A stretch of 64,000 bases of DNA from Patescibacteria group bacterium (GTDB taxonomy: Bacteria > Patescibacteriota > Microgenomatia > Levybacterales > UBA12049), in the NCBI GenBank assembly GCA_038063415.1, contig JBBTVD010000009.1, positions 15,430 to 79,429 of the forward strand, given 5' to 3'. The notes beneath the pieces were generated by a model. That model ran no database searches, had not been told where the DNA came from, and saw only the letters and a list, made by a program, of their open reading frames with translations. This document shows positions 37,022 to 46,076 of this stretch, piece after piece. Position numbers and translations under genes: made by a program. The first letter of the stretch is position 1; each line of letters opens with the position of its first letter.

Positions 37022-38088
37022 TTTTCTTTTATTTCCTGTGCTAGGAAGGGATTCCACATAGCGCCAGTTGCACTTAGGACAGCATCTGCACCTGCTTCTT
37101 TGTATTCATTGTAATCTTCTGGAGTCGTTACTCCCCCCACGCCTTCGATAGAAAAAGAGTAGCCTTTCTTTTCTCGAATAGTTCTGAGACGTTTGACTGT
37201 ATCAATACCTGCCCATTTGATGGGAGCACCACAGACGCCGCCTTTTGCTCGATTTTTACCAGGGAGTGCTTGTTCACCTTTTTCATTCACGATAATGCCA
37301 GGAAGTGTGTTGATTGCTACAATACCATCGGCATATTCATTGGTGATTGCTGCAATCTTTTCAAGCTGCTGCTGATCTTCATAGTATCCAACCTTTAGAA
37401 GAAACGGTGTGTTGTCACTAACCGCACGTACGCTTTTGCAAATTCTTTCCGTAACAGCAATGTTGTAACATACAAGTCCTTCATCACCATTGTTGGGGCA
37501 TGAGATATCCGCTTCGAGGATTTTTGCGCCGGTTTCTTTTACTTGTTTGGCTACAACTGCCCAGTCCTCAATAAATTCTTGTTGGGTTTGATTGGGGCGT
37601 ACAGTTCCGACAAAACTTCCAACCATTATTTGCCCTTTGCCAGCATAAGAAATTGCCTTCTTCATATCTTCTTGCCAGAATTCAGGTTTTCTTGATGGGA
37701 TATTAAAAGAATTGGTAATCGCGATTGGCTCCTGAAAGCGATCATCCCCGAGTAGTGGCTCTTGCAGTTTCTTTAGCGTCAGATCGCCCTCTACATGTAC
37801 AGAAAGCACATTGGGGAAAGGATGGCAGGGGTAGGTATCGCTACGGACTGTTTTGTACACACAGATATCAAAACCTTTTTCAAAAGCAGCTTTTGCATAC
37901 TTGCTATTGAGCAGGGGGCCTGCCGGTATACCAAAGGGAAGATATACTTTGTGTCCATGATATTCGTATTGTGGTTCTCCTTCTTGTGCATATACTTTCC
38001 CATCAGTAAAGGCTCCAAATGGTCCCTGGTCATAGTTGTCTTCGTAAGATTTTAGTGGATCGTAGAATGGAGTAATAAGCTTTTTCAT
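36997..38088 (-). CDS. pyrD: Dihydroorotate dehydrogenase family protein
   Basis: GIPAGPL, YKTVR, NSF, ISCPN, AINT and GVGGV. Confidence 0.75.
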   Translation of the reverse strand: MKKLITPFYDPLKSYEDNYDQGPFGAFTDGKVYAQEGEPQYEYHGHKVYLPFGIPAGPLLNSKYAKAAFEKGFDICVYKTVRSDTYPCHPFPNVLSVHVEGDLTLKKLQEPLLGDDRFQEPIAITNSFNIPSRKPEFWQEDMKKAISYAGKGQIMVGSFVGTVRPNQTQQEFIEDWAVVAKQVKETGAKILEADISCPNNGDEGLVCYNIAVTERICKSVRAVSDNTPFLLKVGYYEDQQQLEKIAAITNEYADGIVAINTLPGIIVNEKGEQALPGKNRAKGGVCGAPIKWAGIDTVKRLRTIREKKGYSFSIEGVGGVTTPEDYNEYKEAGADAVLSATGAMWNPFLAQEIKEKRHRETTK

Positions 38089-38090
38089 AT

Positions 38091-38171
38091 TTATCTTTTA
38101 AAATATACCATAAGAATAATTCCTGCAATAGCCAGCATTGCTCCTGCTATCTGAGGCAGGTTAAGGGTTTC
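38091..38171 (-). pseudogene. C-terminal remnant of an EamA/DMT transporter (ETLNLPQIAGAMLAIAGIILMVYFKR*)
   Basis: Matches the last EamA helix E.L...QI.G..L...G; no start codon. Confidence 0.55.
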
Positions 38172-39259
38172 TATCGCTTTTTGTTCCAATCCCCTGTTTG
38201 CTTATTTAACAGTGCAAAGATTGAGGTCGTACGGATATCGTTGCTACCAAAAATATATTGCAGAACCCGATCATTTCCCATGCCATAGCCTGCATGAGGG
38301 TTTGTTGCCTTCTGTTTCATGATATCGAGATACCATCCAAAATCTTCGTATTTTCCTCCTCTTTGTAGATGCAGCTTATACATGGTTGAGGTGATCAATC
38401 GTTCATTGAGACGTTCAAAATCATGTTCTCTTACCGAAGAGCCAGTCCCCTCCCCTGCGTAGGGAAAGATAAGATCTGCCGAGAGACAGACACGGTTATC
38501 TTTGCTCGAGACTTTCATATTGAAAAACTTTATTTCTTTTGGATATTTCATAATAAAGACAGGAAGTTCAGTTTCTCCTTGGTTCAGGAGTTCGACAATT
38601 TTTGCTTCATGATCAGCTTTGAGGTCATCACCAAATGTCACTTTGGGAAATCCGTTTTTATTTACTAGTGCTACTGCATCTTCATAGCTGATTCTTAAGA
38701 AATCATGTGTTGCCATCTGGTGTAGTTTTTTTGTGTTTCTCTTATATATCTTTTTGAGCGTCGTTTCGTTATCTGCCAGTACTTTTTTGACCATTGCTTG
38801 TGCTGTCCCTTGGATTGCCTGCAAGAGGGCTTCGTACATCTTGTCTTCGTCATAAGCATCACGGGTCATCCCAATCATTGTACAGTCAAACTCTTCCTCG
38901 GTAAGGCGAAATTGTCTCAAATGGCGTACATCTTCCGCTTCTTCATCTCGTCCCGAGTGAATAATTGTCCAGCAGCCAGGGAAAGATTGTAATGCTTGTT
39001 CGAGTGCAAGCTGTCCTGTTTGGGTAAAGAAGAGTGGTAGACCCAGATTATTGCCTATCTTAAAAAGAGTGTCGACATTTTCACATGCACCAGTTATACC
39101 CACAATTTCCGGAACCTCGCAATAGGTCATACCTCGTGATTCATAATTTCTCGTGGCTCCCTGTACCAGTGACTGATTTATTTTGACCAAATGAGCAAAG
39201 TGCTCTTTATAGCCGAGTGTCATTCTTTTTCCTTCAATGGAGAGCTGTAAATCTTTCAT
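38171..39259 (-). CDS. AsnRS-like catalytic-domain-only protein (possible asparagine synthetase)
   Basis: Class IIb motifs QTGQL.LE, R.E....RHLRQF...E.E and PHAGYGMG..R; no OB-fold anticodon-binding domain. Confidence 0.8.
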   Translation of the reverse strand: MKDLQLSIEGKRMTLGYKEHFAHLVKINQSLVQGATRNYESRGMTYCEVPEIVGITGACENVDTLFKIGNNLGLPLFFTQTGQLALEQALQSFPGCWTIIHSGRDEEAEDVRHLRQFRLTEEEFDCTMIGMTRDAYDEDKMYEALLQAIQGTAQAMVKKVLADNETTLKKIYKRNTKKLHQMATHDFLRISYEDAVALVNKNGFPKVTFGDDLKADHEAKIVELLNQGETELPVFIMKYPKEIKFFNMKVSSKDNRVCLSADLIFPYAGEGTGSSVREHDFERLNERLITSTMYKLHLQRGGKYEDFGWYLDIMKQKATNPHAGYGMGNDRVLQYIFGSNDIRTTSIFALLNKQTGDWNKKR

Positions 39260-39415
39260 TTATCTTTATTTAAAGTAATAATATAAGAAAAATGAGGCAT
39301 TGTCAAGAGATAAAAAGATCATTTTCTAATAATTTATACCATTTTTATAAAAAAGTTGAATCTATGAAATGTGCTTGCATAAATTTTTGTATGAATCTAT
39401 ACTAATAAGTAGAAA

Positions 39416-40396
39416 ATGGTAAACAAAGTCCCTTATTTAGATCTAAAAGCAGAAATTCTTCAGAAAATAAAGAAAAATGGTGGTTGGGTAAATGCCCATG
39501 CACATCTTGATCGTGCATATAGTCTCACGAAAGAAACATATCACTTTACAAGTGCTACTCTTCAAGAAAAGTGGGATCTCAATGACGAATTAAAATTAAA
39601 TTCGTCTGTGGATGCTATCTATGATCGGATGGCTCAAGGCGTTGAGCGAATGCTTGAACAAGGAGTTAGCGCAATTGGGACTTTTATCGATGTGGATGAC
39701 AAAATAGAAGATAAGGCTATTAAGGCGGCACAAAAAATACGTGATAGATATAAAAATGACCTGCAAATAAAATATATCAATCAAGTTCATTATGGTGTTC
39801 TTGAACCTGAACCTCGAAAATGGTTCGATCTTGGCGCCGAATTTGTTGATATTATCGGTGGCTTACCTGAGCGCGATAAAGGGAAAGAGTCCGAACATAT
39901 TGATATTCTTCTTCAGACAGCTAAACGCCTCAATAAGATGGCTCATGTTCATATTGATCAATTCAATGATCCAGAACAACATGACACTGAATTATTAGCA
40001 AAGAAAACAATTGAACACAATATGCAAGGAAAGGTTGTTGGCATTCATGGGATATCTATTGCTGCGCAAGAAAAAAAATATCGTCAGGATCTTTATAAAA
40101 TGATGAAAAAAGCAGATCTTATGATGATTGCCTGTCCTCTTGGATGGATTGATACACGACGTAACGAAGTACTTATGCCTTTCCATAACGCGTTAACGCC
40201 TGTTGATGAATTAATTCCTGCAGGTATTACAGTTGCTTTGGGAACTGATAATATCATAGATATTTATAAACCATTTATTAATGGAAGCATGTGGGAAGAG
40301 TTGCATGCCCTTTTGGAATCTGCACATTTTTATGATGTTGATGAGCTTGTTAACGTTGCGACGGTAAATGGACGAAAAGCGTTAGGGATTAAATAA
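39416..40396 (+). CDS. Amidohydrolase, cytosine-deaminase-like
   Basis: NAHAHLD, HVHID and ALGTDNI.D; upstream TTGCAT-N17-TATACT promoter. Confidence 0.82.
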   Translation: MVNKVPYLDLKAEILQKIKKNGGWVNAHAHLDRAYSLTKETYHFTSATLQEKWDLNDELKLNSSVDAIYDRMAQGVERMLEQGVSAIGTFIDVDDKIEDKAIKAAQKIRDRYKNDLQIKYINQVHYGVLEPEPRKWFDLGAEFVDIIGGLPERDKGKESEHIDILLQTAKRLNKMAHVHIDQFNDPEQHDTELLAKKTIEHNMQGKVVGIHGISIAAQEKKYRQDLYKMMKKADLMMIACPLGWIDTRRNEVLMPFHNALTPVDELIPAGITVALGTDNIIDIYKPFINGSMWEELHALLESAHFYDVDELVNVATVNGRKALGIK

Positions 40397-40530
40397 ATTT
40401 ATTCACTCTTTAAAGAGATAACAGACCTTATCTCTAACTTTCAATTGGCTAATTTCTTTCTCAGAACGAGGGCATGGTACTCATAAAGTCAGATTATCAG
40501 ATTTTCTGATTATCGTCAAGAGCAGATGCG

Positions 40531-41346
40531 CTACTCTCTCATTTCAAGTATGTTAGTCAGACAGTTGATTCCTCCACCCGATTTCTTAAACTCCGATAGA
40601 TCTACTTCAATGCTCTCATATCCCAATGCTGCAAGTTTGTTCCCAAAGGTAGGGTTTCCTTTTTGCCTCACAACTGTTTTTCCTGTGACAATACTGTTGG
40701 CAGAAAACCCTTCCGTTTCTTTTCTTGTGAGAGGTATAAAATTGGGCACAATATTCTTCAGAAGTTTCTGACTTTCTGGAATATAGGCATCAGGCGAGAA
40801 GAAGATTGTTTGATCATCGAGTGGGAAGAAACCGATATCAAAATGATAAAACGCTGGAGCTCTCGTATGTAACTGGACAACTTCAATATCCGGGAAGAGC
40901 TTCTGGAGGTATCGACAAACCGGTACATCCGTACGATAGCCGATAGCGACAAACAATTTATCATTCCAAAAATGCATTGTCCCATTTCCTTCAAAATAAA
41001 GCTCCTGGGGAAGCTGTACGATCTCAAAGCCATGATTTTTATACCATTCCGCATAAAACGGTGTTTCTCCCTGGCGCTCTTTGTATCGGAATCGACTCAG
41101 GAGCACGTTGTTGCCAAAGATAAGGCTCTGGTCTGTTGAAAAAACCATATCTGGTAATCCCTTCACCTGGTTAATAATTTCTACTGTTATGCCTAGGTCT
41201 TTATACACTTGTACTAAGTTCTCCCATTGCTTCAGTGCTTTTTTTGGGTTAATACTCGCAGTTTGCATCCATGGATTGATAATATAATCAAACGAGGAGA
41301 AGTAGAGGGGTCTACACATGAGAACACGCTTAATAACGCTCTGCAT
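40531..41346 (-). CDS. Amidinotransferase/DDAH/arginine-deiminase superfamily protein (copy 2)
   Basis: DYIINPWM, PDMVF, FEGNG, FYHFD and GGGINCLT. Confidence 0.88.
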   Translation of the reverse strand: MQSVIKRVLMCRPLYFSSFDYIINPWMQTASINPKKALKQWENLVQVYKDLGITVEIINQVKGLPDMVFSTDQSLIFGNNVLLSRFRYKERQGETPFYAEWYKNHGFEIVQLPQELYFEGNGTMHFWNDKLFVAIGYRTDVPVCRYLQKLFPDIEVVQLHTRAPAFYHFDIGFFPLDDQTIFFSPDAYIPESQKLLKNIVPNFIPLTRKETEGFSANSIVTGKTVVRQKGNPTFGNKLAALGYESIEVDLSEFKKSGGGINCLTNILEMRE

Positions 41347-41391
41347 AATATTGTCTTTATTGTACTACGAAGCCTGCATAAGAGCAATAGG

Positions 41392-42207
41392 TTACTCAAC
41401 AGTTTCTTTGAGTACATTGGTCAGACAATGGGCACCACCGCCTGATTTAATAAACTCTCCAACGTCCACTGGTACTGTTTTGTACCCTAATGTCTGTAAT
41501 TTTTTCTCAAGGGTGTGATTTCCTTTTTGTAAGACAACATGATGATCAGTTATGACACTGTTCCCTCCAAATCCCAGCACCTCTTCTTGGCTAAATTCCA
41601 ATAGATTTGGGATTTTCTTTTGTAAGATCTTTTGTGTTTCCAGGGTATAGGCATGTGGGTAATAAAAAACGGTCTGATTATTGAGGGGAAGCATCGCAAC
41701 GTCCAAATGATAATACCTTGGATCAGTAATCTGGAGTGGGATTACTTCCCGGTCAAAAATCTTTTGTAAGGTCGGAATTGTCTCGTCACTACTTCGATAC
41801 CCTACACCGAGGAAAATAAGGTCATTCCAAAAATACATTTCCCCATTGCCTTCAAAAAAGACGTTCTCTGGTAAGTAGTGGATCTTGTAGTCATTGTCCG
41901 AGAACCATGCTTCATAGTATTTGCTCTCCCCTCTCCTCTCTCGGTGACGGAAGCGACTAAGCAGCACTTTCTTATCCTGCACAATTCCTTGATCTGCCGC
42001 AAATACCATGTCAGGCACGTCTTCTCCTTGTTCAATAGTATTCACTTCAATACCAAGCTTTTTATAGACTTGCACCAGATGCTTCCATTGTTTCATAGCT
42101 ACTTCCGTATCTGCTGTCCCTGGTTTCATCCAGGGATTGATGACGTAATCTACTGAAAAATAAGTAGGCCGACAGACGAGCACTTTTTTTATAAGTTTAT
42201 TTTTCAT
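41392..42207 (-). CDS. Amidinotransferase/DDAH/arginine-deiminase superfamily protein (copy 1)
   Basis: DYVINPWM, PDMVF, FEGNGE, YYHLD and GGGAHCLT; likely start MKNKLIKKV. Confidence 0.88.
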   Translation of the reverse strand: MKNKLIKKVLVCRPTYFSVDYVINPWMKPGTADTEVAMKQWKHLVQVYKKLGIEVNTIEQGEDVPDMVFAADQGIVQDKKVLLSRFRHRERRGESKYYEAWFSDNDYKIHYLPENVFFEGNGEMYFWNDLIFLGVGYRSSDETIPTLQKIFDREVIPLQITDPRYYHLDVAMLPLNNQTVFYYPHAYTLETQKILQKKIPNLLEFSQEEVLGFGGNSVITDHHVVLQKGNHTLEKKLQTLGYKTVPVDVGEFIKSGGGAHCLTNVLKETVE

Positions 42208-42235
42208 AATGAAAGAATATAATTCTGTGTAGTAA

Positions 42236-43846
42236 CTACACTGTTGCTTTTTGCAGTTTCTCGATGAAGGCTGTCGCAAGGTGAACACTCGTAAAAATTG
42301 GCACATTGTGTTCAACTGCTTTCTGTCTGATAATTTTCCCGTCTGTTTGGGTGACTTCCTTTTCCATAGGGATGTTAATAATAAGATCGAATCTATTGGA
42401 GTCGAGTAGATCTCCAAGGTTTGGCTTAAGTTGCGGCTGAGAAATCTTATGAACCAGAATCGTTTCAAGACCATTGGTCTTAAGGAATTTATGATTCTTG
42501 TAGGTAGCATAGATTTTGTAACCCATGTCATGCAATTTCTTAATTGAAGGAAGCAATTTAACTTTGTTTTCTCTCTTTCCGATTGAAATAAGAGCTGTCT
42601 TCTCTGACCGTTGGGCAAGTTTCATCGACAAGGTATAGTGTTCTATGAAGCCTGCTGATGCATTTTGATTCAGTCCCTCTGATACCATAAAGGTTGCCAG
42701 TTTTTCTTCAAAGATAGTGTTTGGTGTCTCAAGCGCCATAACCTGGGCCATGCCTTTGTAGAGTTGTACTGTTACTTTACCGGTTACTTTTTTATTGACG
42801 TTATCAATAAAGGCGTTTAAATCATGCATTAATGGCTCATACCAGAGTGCTCCATAGCAGAGGTATGCCCATTTTTGATCGACTGTTGCTTTAAATTCAT
42901 TTTCTGTTCTGGTACAGACATAGTGTTCGAGTTTTTCATGAGCAGTAATGATGATCTCGGCAGCCGGAGCTTCAAAAACATCACGAATTTTCATACCAAT
43001 AATTCTATCTTCGATGTGCACGTTCGTCCCTACTCCATGTTTTGCACCAATTTTGTTGAGTTCCATAATAAGATCCGCAAGTTTCATTTGCTTCCCATTA
43101 AGGCTAACGGGTACTCCTTTAACAAATTCAAGATGTACCATTTCTGCTTTATCAGGTGCGTCTTGTGGTAGTTTATTTACGACAAGAATTTTCTCTAGCG
43201 GTGGGATAAGTGCTGGATTTTCGATTTCTCCTCCTTCTCCTGATGTTCCCCACATGTTGTCATCATATGAGTAAGGCTTTTCACTCGTGTGACTGACTGG
43301 GATACCATTCTCTTTGGCATAAGCTAATTCTTCTGTCCTCCCCATGCTCCACTCTCGGACTGGAGCAATAATCTTGATGTCTGGATTAAGGGCAAGGGCT
43401 GAACCTTCAATACGGATCTGGTCATTGCCTCGTCCTGTGCAGCCGTGTGCAATAGCATCTGCTCCTTCTTGTGCAGCGATTTTGACTGCCCATTTGGCAA
43501 GGAGTGGTCGTCCTATTGCTGTTGCGAGACGATAGCGGTGTTGGTAGTTTGCGTTTGCCTTAATGCCTTTTGCGATATATTCTTCAGCAAATTCATCTTT
43601 GGCATCGATAACATACGTTTTGACTGCACCAAGTTTGATAGCTTTTGCTTTGATTTCATCAAGATCATCAACAATTTGTCCAATATCGATTGTGAGGGCA
43701 ATAACTTCTGCTTTATATTCGTCTTGGATCCATTTGAGCATAACTGAGGTATCCAAACCTCCGGAGTATAAGAGGACAACTTTTTTAACTTCACCTTTTT
43801 TGCCTTCGTAACTTGCAACCTTTGTATATGTTGATTTTTTATCCAT
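42236..43846 (-). CDS. argG: Argininosuccinate synthase fused to a C-terminal MGS-like domain
   Basis: YSGGLDTS, HGCTGRGNDQ, YSYDDNMWG and FEAPA; C-terminal GYKIYAT..DLIINIP..DG..IR..AV...VP.FT as in the CarB MGS domain. Confidence 0.93.
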   Translation of the reverse strand: MDKKSTYTKVASYEGKKGEVKKVVLLYSGGLDTSVMLKWIQDEYKAEVIALTIDIGQIVDDLDEIKAKAIKLGAVKTYVIDAKDEFAEEYIAKGIKANANYQHRYRLATAIGRPLLAKWAVKIAAQEGADAIAHGCTGRGNDQIRIEGSALALNPDIKIIAPVREWSMGRTEELAYAKENGIPVSHTSEKPYSYDDNMWGTSGEGGEIENPALIPPLEKILVVNKLPQDAPDKAEMVHLEFVKGVPVSLNGKQMKLADLIMELNKIGAKHGVGTNVHIEDRIIGMKIRDVFEAPAAEIIITAHEKLEHYVCTRTENEFKATVDQKWAYLCYGALWYEPLMHDLNAFIDNVNKKVTGKVTVQLYKGMAQVMALETPNTIFEEKLATFMVSEGLNQNASAGFIEHYTLSMKLAQRSEKTALISIGKRENKVKLLPSIKKLHDMGYKIYATYKNHKFLKTNGLETILVHKISQPQLKPNLGDLLDSNRFDLIINIPMEKEVTQTDGKIIRQKAVEHNVPIFTSVHLATAFIEKLQKATV

Positions 43847-44215
43847 ACAGGTGTCTGTATAAGAAAAGTGAGTCATTTAATTATATTTTGACTCATTTTT
43901 CTCTTATCTAGACCATATTAGTTATAAAATGAATATTTGTCAACAGGCAGTTTGGGCATTTTATACTAAGTTATCTTATTTTTACCCAAATATTAAACTA
44001 AATTGAGGTGAAAAGAGTCATTTTTTATTAATTAAGGTTAATTTTATCTCTTTTGTTCTCTCTGATTAATTCCCTTCGATAGGAGAAGTCATTGTTAAAA
44101 ATGAACCAGTTTCTTTACGAGTTATGTTGTGTATTTTATCAAATTTAAAAATCGGTGATTTTCCGCTTCTTGACACCTTCTTCACGGTTTTGCTACGCTG
44201 AATAAGTACCGCTCT

Positions 44216-45334
44216 ATGAAGCATCATCCTACCCATCATCATAAAAAGAAAGAACGTAGACCCTTAGTCTACTTCCTTCTCTTTCTTCTCATTCCAGTTC
44301 TGGCTATTACACTTTTTGTCATGCAGGAGCCGCAGGATGTCAGACAACGAGCTGCTGAACCTATTGCTGGATGTGGAAAGCCGGGAGACCCAGGGAACGA
44401 AAAAGGCGTAGGAAAATACTGTAATAGTTCGGTAGATTGTTTAGGTTCGGGGTCGCCGATTTGTTCCGCAGATATACGGCCAGATGATCCGCATATTTGT
44501 TCAAAACCTTGTAGTACAGATGCCGATTGTGGCAGTGGAGCTGTTTGTTATCAGGATGTACTGGGTAAAGGGTGTAAGCCTGTTGCCTGTGATGCTCCTG
44601 TTCCGACAGCGACAACACAGCCAACTGCTACCAAAGCTCCTACTGCAACTACTGCACCGAGTGCTACCAATAGGCCGACAATGACGACTGCACCTTCAGT
44701 AACAAAAGCACCTACAGTTGCTGCTTCGATAACCATTGCTCCAAGTGTCACGCAAACACCTACACAAACAGTCACAGTCTCTCCTACGTTAAGTCCAAGT
44801 GCCACAACGCTATCTCTGTCAGTACTTCTTCATGGTATCGGTTCTGGGGGAGATAGTGTCAATATCTCCAGTGCCTTGAGTAACAAGTCACCCAAGCGAA
44901 CAGATCGCTTGTTTACGGTAACTGTATTTACTGGAGCCAATCAGATTGTGAGCAACAAGACTGTTCCTCTAACGTATAATACAGATACTGGTGCCTACGA
45001 AGGCATTGTGAATCTTGGAGACACCTGGTTGGGATCTAGTTATAGTCTCAAGATCAAGACAGAAAGCTTTTTGGATAATGTCCAGACAAACTTTGCTATT
45101 CCTGCCAAAAAGAAAACGGATGTTCCTGAGGTGATCTTGGTTGTGGGAGATGTCAATGGAGATAATATGTTAAATACGCTTGATTATAATTTGATTACCG
45201 GTTGCTTTAGTGAGTTTGCCACGGCTGCTTCCTGTTCCGAGAGCCAACTCGTTGCCTCAGATCTCAACGATGATGGTGTCGTGAATCGTGTCGATTATAA
45301 TCTTTTTCTACGGGAGATAAGTGCGCAGAATTAG
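44216..45334 (+). CDS. Surface protein with Cys-rich module, P/T linker and dockerin-like EF-hand domain
   Basis: TM helix plus Q.VRQRAA; GNEKGVGK.C module; GDVNGDNMLN..D and DLNDDGVVN..D. Confidence 0.8.
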   Translation: MKHHPTHHHKKKERRPLVYFLLFLLIPVLAITLFVMQEPQDVRQRAAEPIAGCGKPGDPGNEKGVGKYCNSSVDCLGSGSPICSADIRPDDPHICSKPCSTDADCGSGAVCYQDVLGKGCKPVACDAPVPTATTQPTATKAPTATTAPSATNRPTMTTAPSVTKAPTVAASITIAPSVTQTPTQTVTVSPTLSPSATTLSLSVLLHGIGSGGDSVNISSALSNKSPKRTDRLFTVTVFTGANQIVSNKTVPLTYNTDTGAYEGIVNLGDTWLGSSYSLKIKTESFLDNVQTNFAIPAKKKTDVPEVILVVGDVNGDNMLNTLDYNLITGCFSEFATAASCSESQLVASDLNDDGVVNRVDYNLFLREISAQN

Positions 45335-45398
45335 CTGATATGATATATTGACTTGCTATAAAATTTTCTGCTACGCTTAAAAAGTTATATCCTTAGTT

Positions 45399-46076
45399 AT
45401 GAAAGTAAAAAAGAAAAAAGTTCAGATAAAAAAGAAACAGGTTTCTCGGAAACTGCTGTGGTTTTTTGTCCTGATACCCGCTCTGCTGCTTACCGTCGTT
45501 GCTCTACAATCGCCACAAATAGTTAAACAAGAGGCAGCAACAAGCGGAATTACCACCTGTGGAGGTTCAGGTGAGCCTGGAAACGAAAAAGGAGTCGGAA
45601 AAGCTTGCACTAAGGGTGGCGGAGAATGCGGTGGTGATGCCCCTTTTTGCTCGGCAGATTTTGTCGATGGTCCAGGGGTATGTTCAAAGCCTTGTTCTAA
45701 CAATAATGAATGTGGAACGGGAGCAAAATGTGTACAACAAAGTCTTGGCAAAGGCTGCGAGCCAGTAGTCTGCGCAGAGGAAGCACAGCCAACTGATTTT
45801 GTTCCCAGTGCACAATGTCTGGGTACTTCCTGTGAGGAAAATGATGCTGAAGAAGAGGAAGGAGATAGCGAAGATACTGAAACAGATAATGAAGCGACAG
45901 ATTCTGCGGAAGAAGATCCTGATGAAAACGGCGACAATCAAAATAATGATGAAGAAAATGATAACCAAGGAGATAATGATGGTGGAGGCAATGAAGATGC
46001 AAAGGGATTGTTCTTCAGAATTCTTGAACTTATTAGCCAGCTATTGGAACTCTTCATTGGGTGGTTACAGAAATAA
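45399..46076 (+). CDS. Surface protein with a paralogous Cys-rich module and D/E-rich tail
   Basis: Shares GNEKGVGK.C...CSAD...CSKPC...CG.GA.C...LGKGC with the upstream gene. Confidence 0.75.
   Translation: MKVKKKKVQIKKKQVSRKLLWFFVLIPALLLTVVALQSPQIVKQEAATSGITTCGGSGEPGNEKGVGKACTKGGGECGGDAPFCSADFVDGPGVCSKPCSNNNECGTGAKCVQQSLGKGCEPVVCAEEAQPTDFVPSAQCLGTSCEENDAEEEEGDSEDTETDNEATDSAEEDPDENGDNQNNDEENDNQGDNDGGGNEDAKGLFFRILELISQLLELFIGWLQK

Noticed and set aside
42208-42618. N-terminal extension of the 408-aa amidinotransferase ORF
   Set aside because: It overlaps argG in another frame, and the paralogue comparison places the start at 42207.
39350-43950. ArgR (ARG) boxes upstream of argG or the deaminase gene
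   Set aside because: Only partial TGAAT/TGCAT matches occur in AT-rich DNA, with no convincing tandem palindromes.
44216-44250. His-rich N-terminus (MKHHPTHHHKKK) as a second His sensor
   Set aside because: It is the cytoplasmic tail of a long membrane-anchored ORF, with no attenuator structure.
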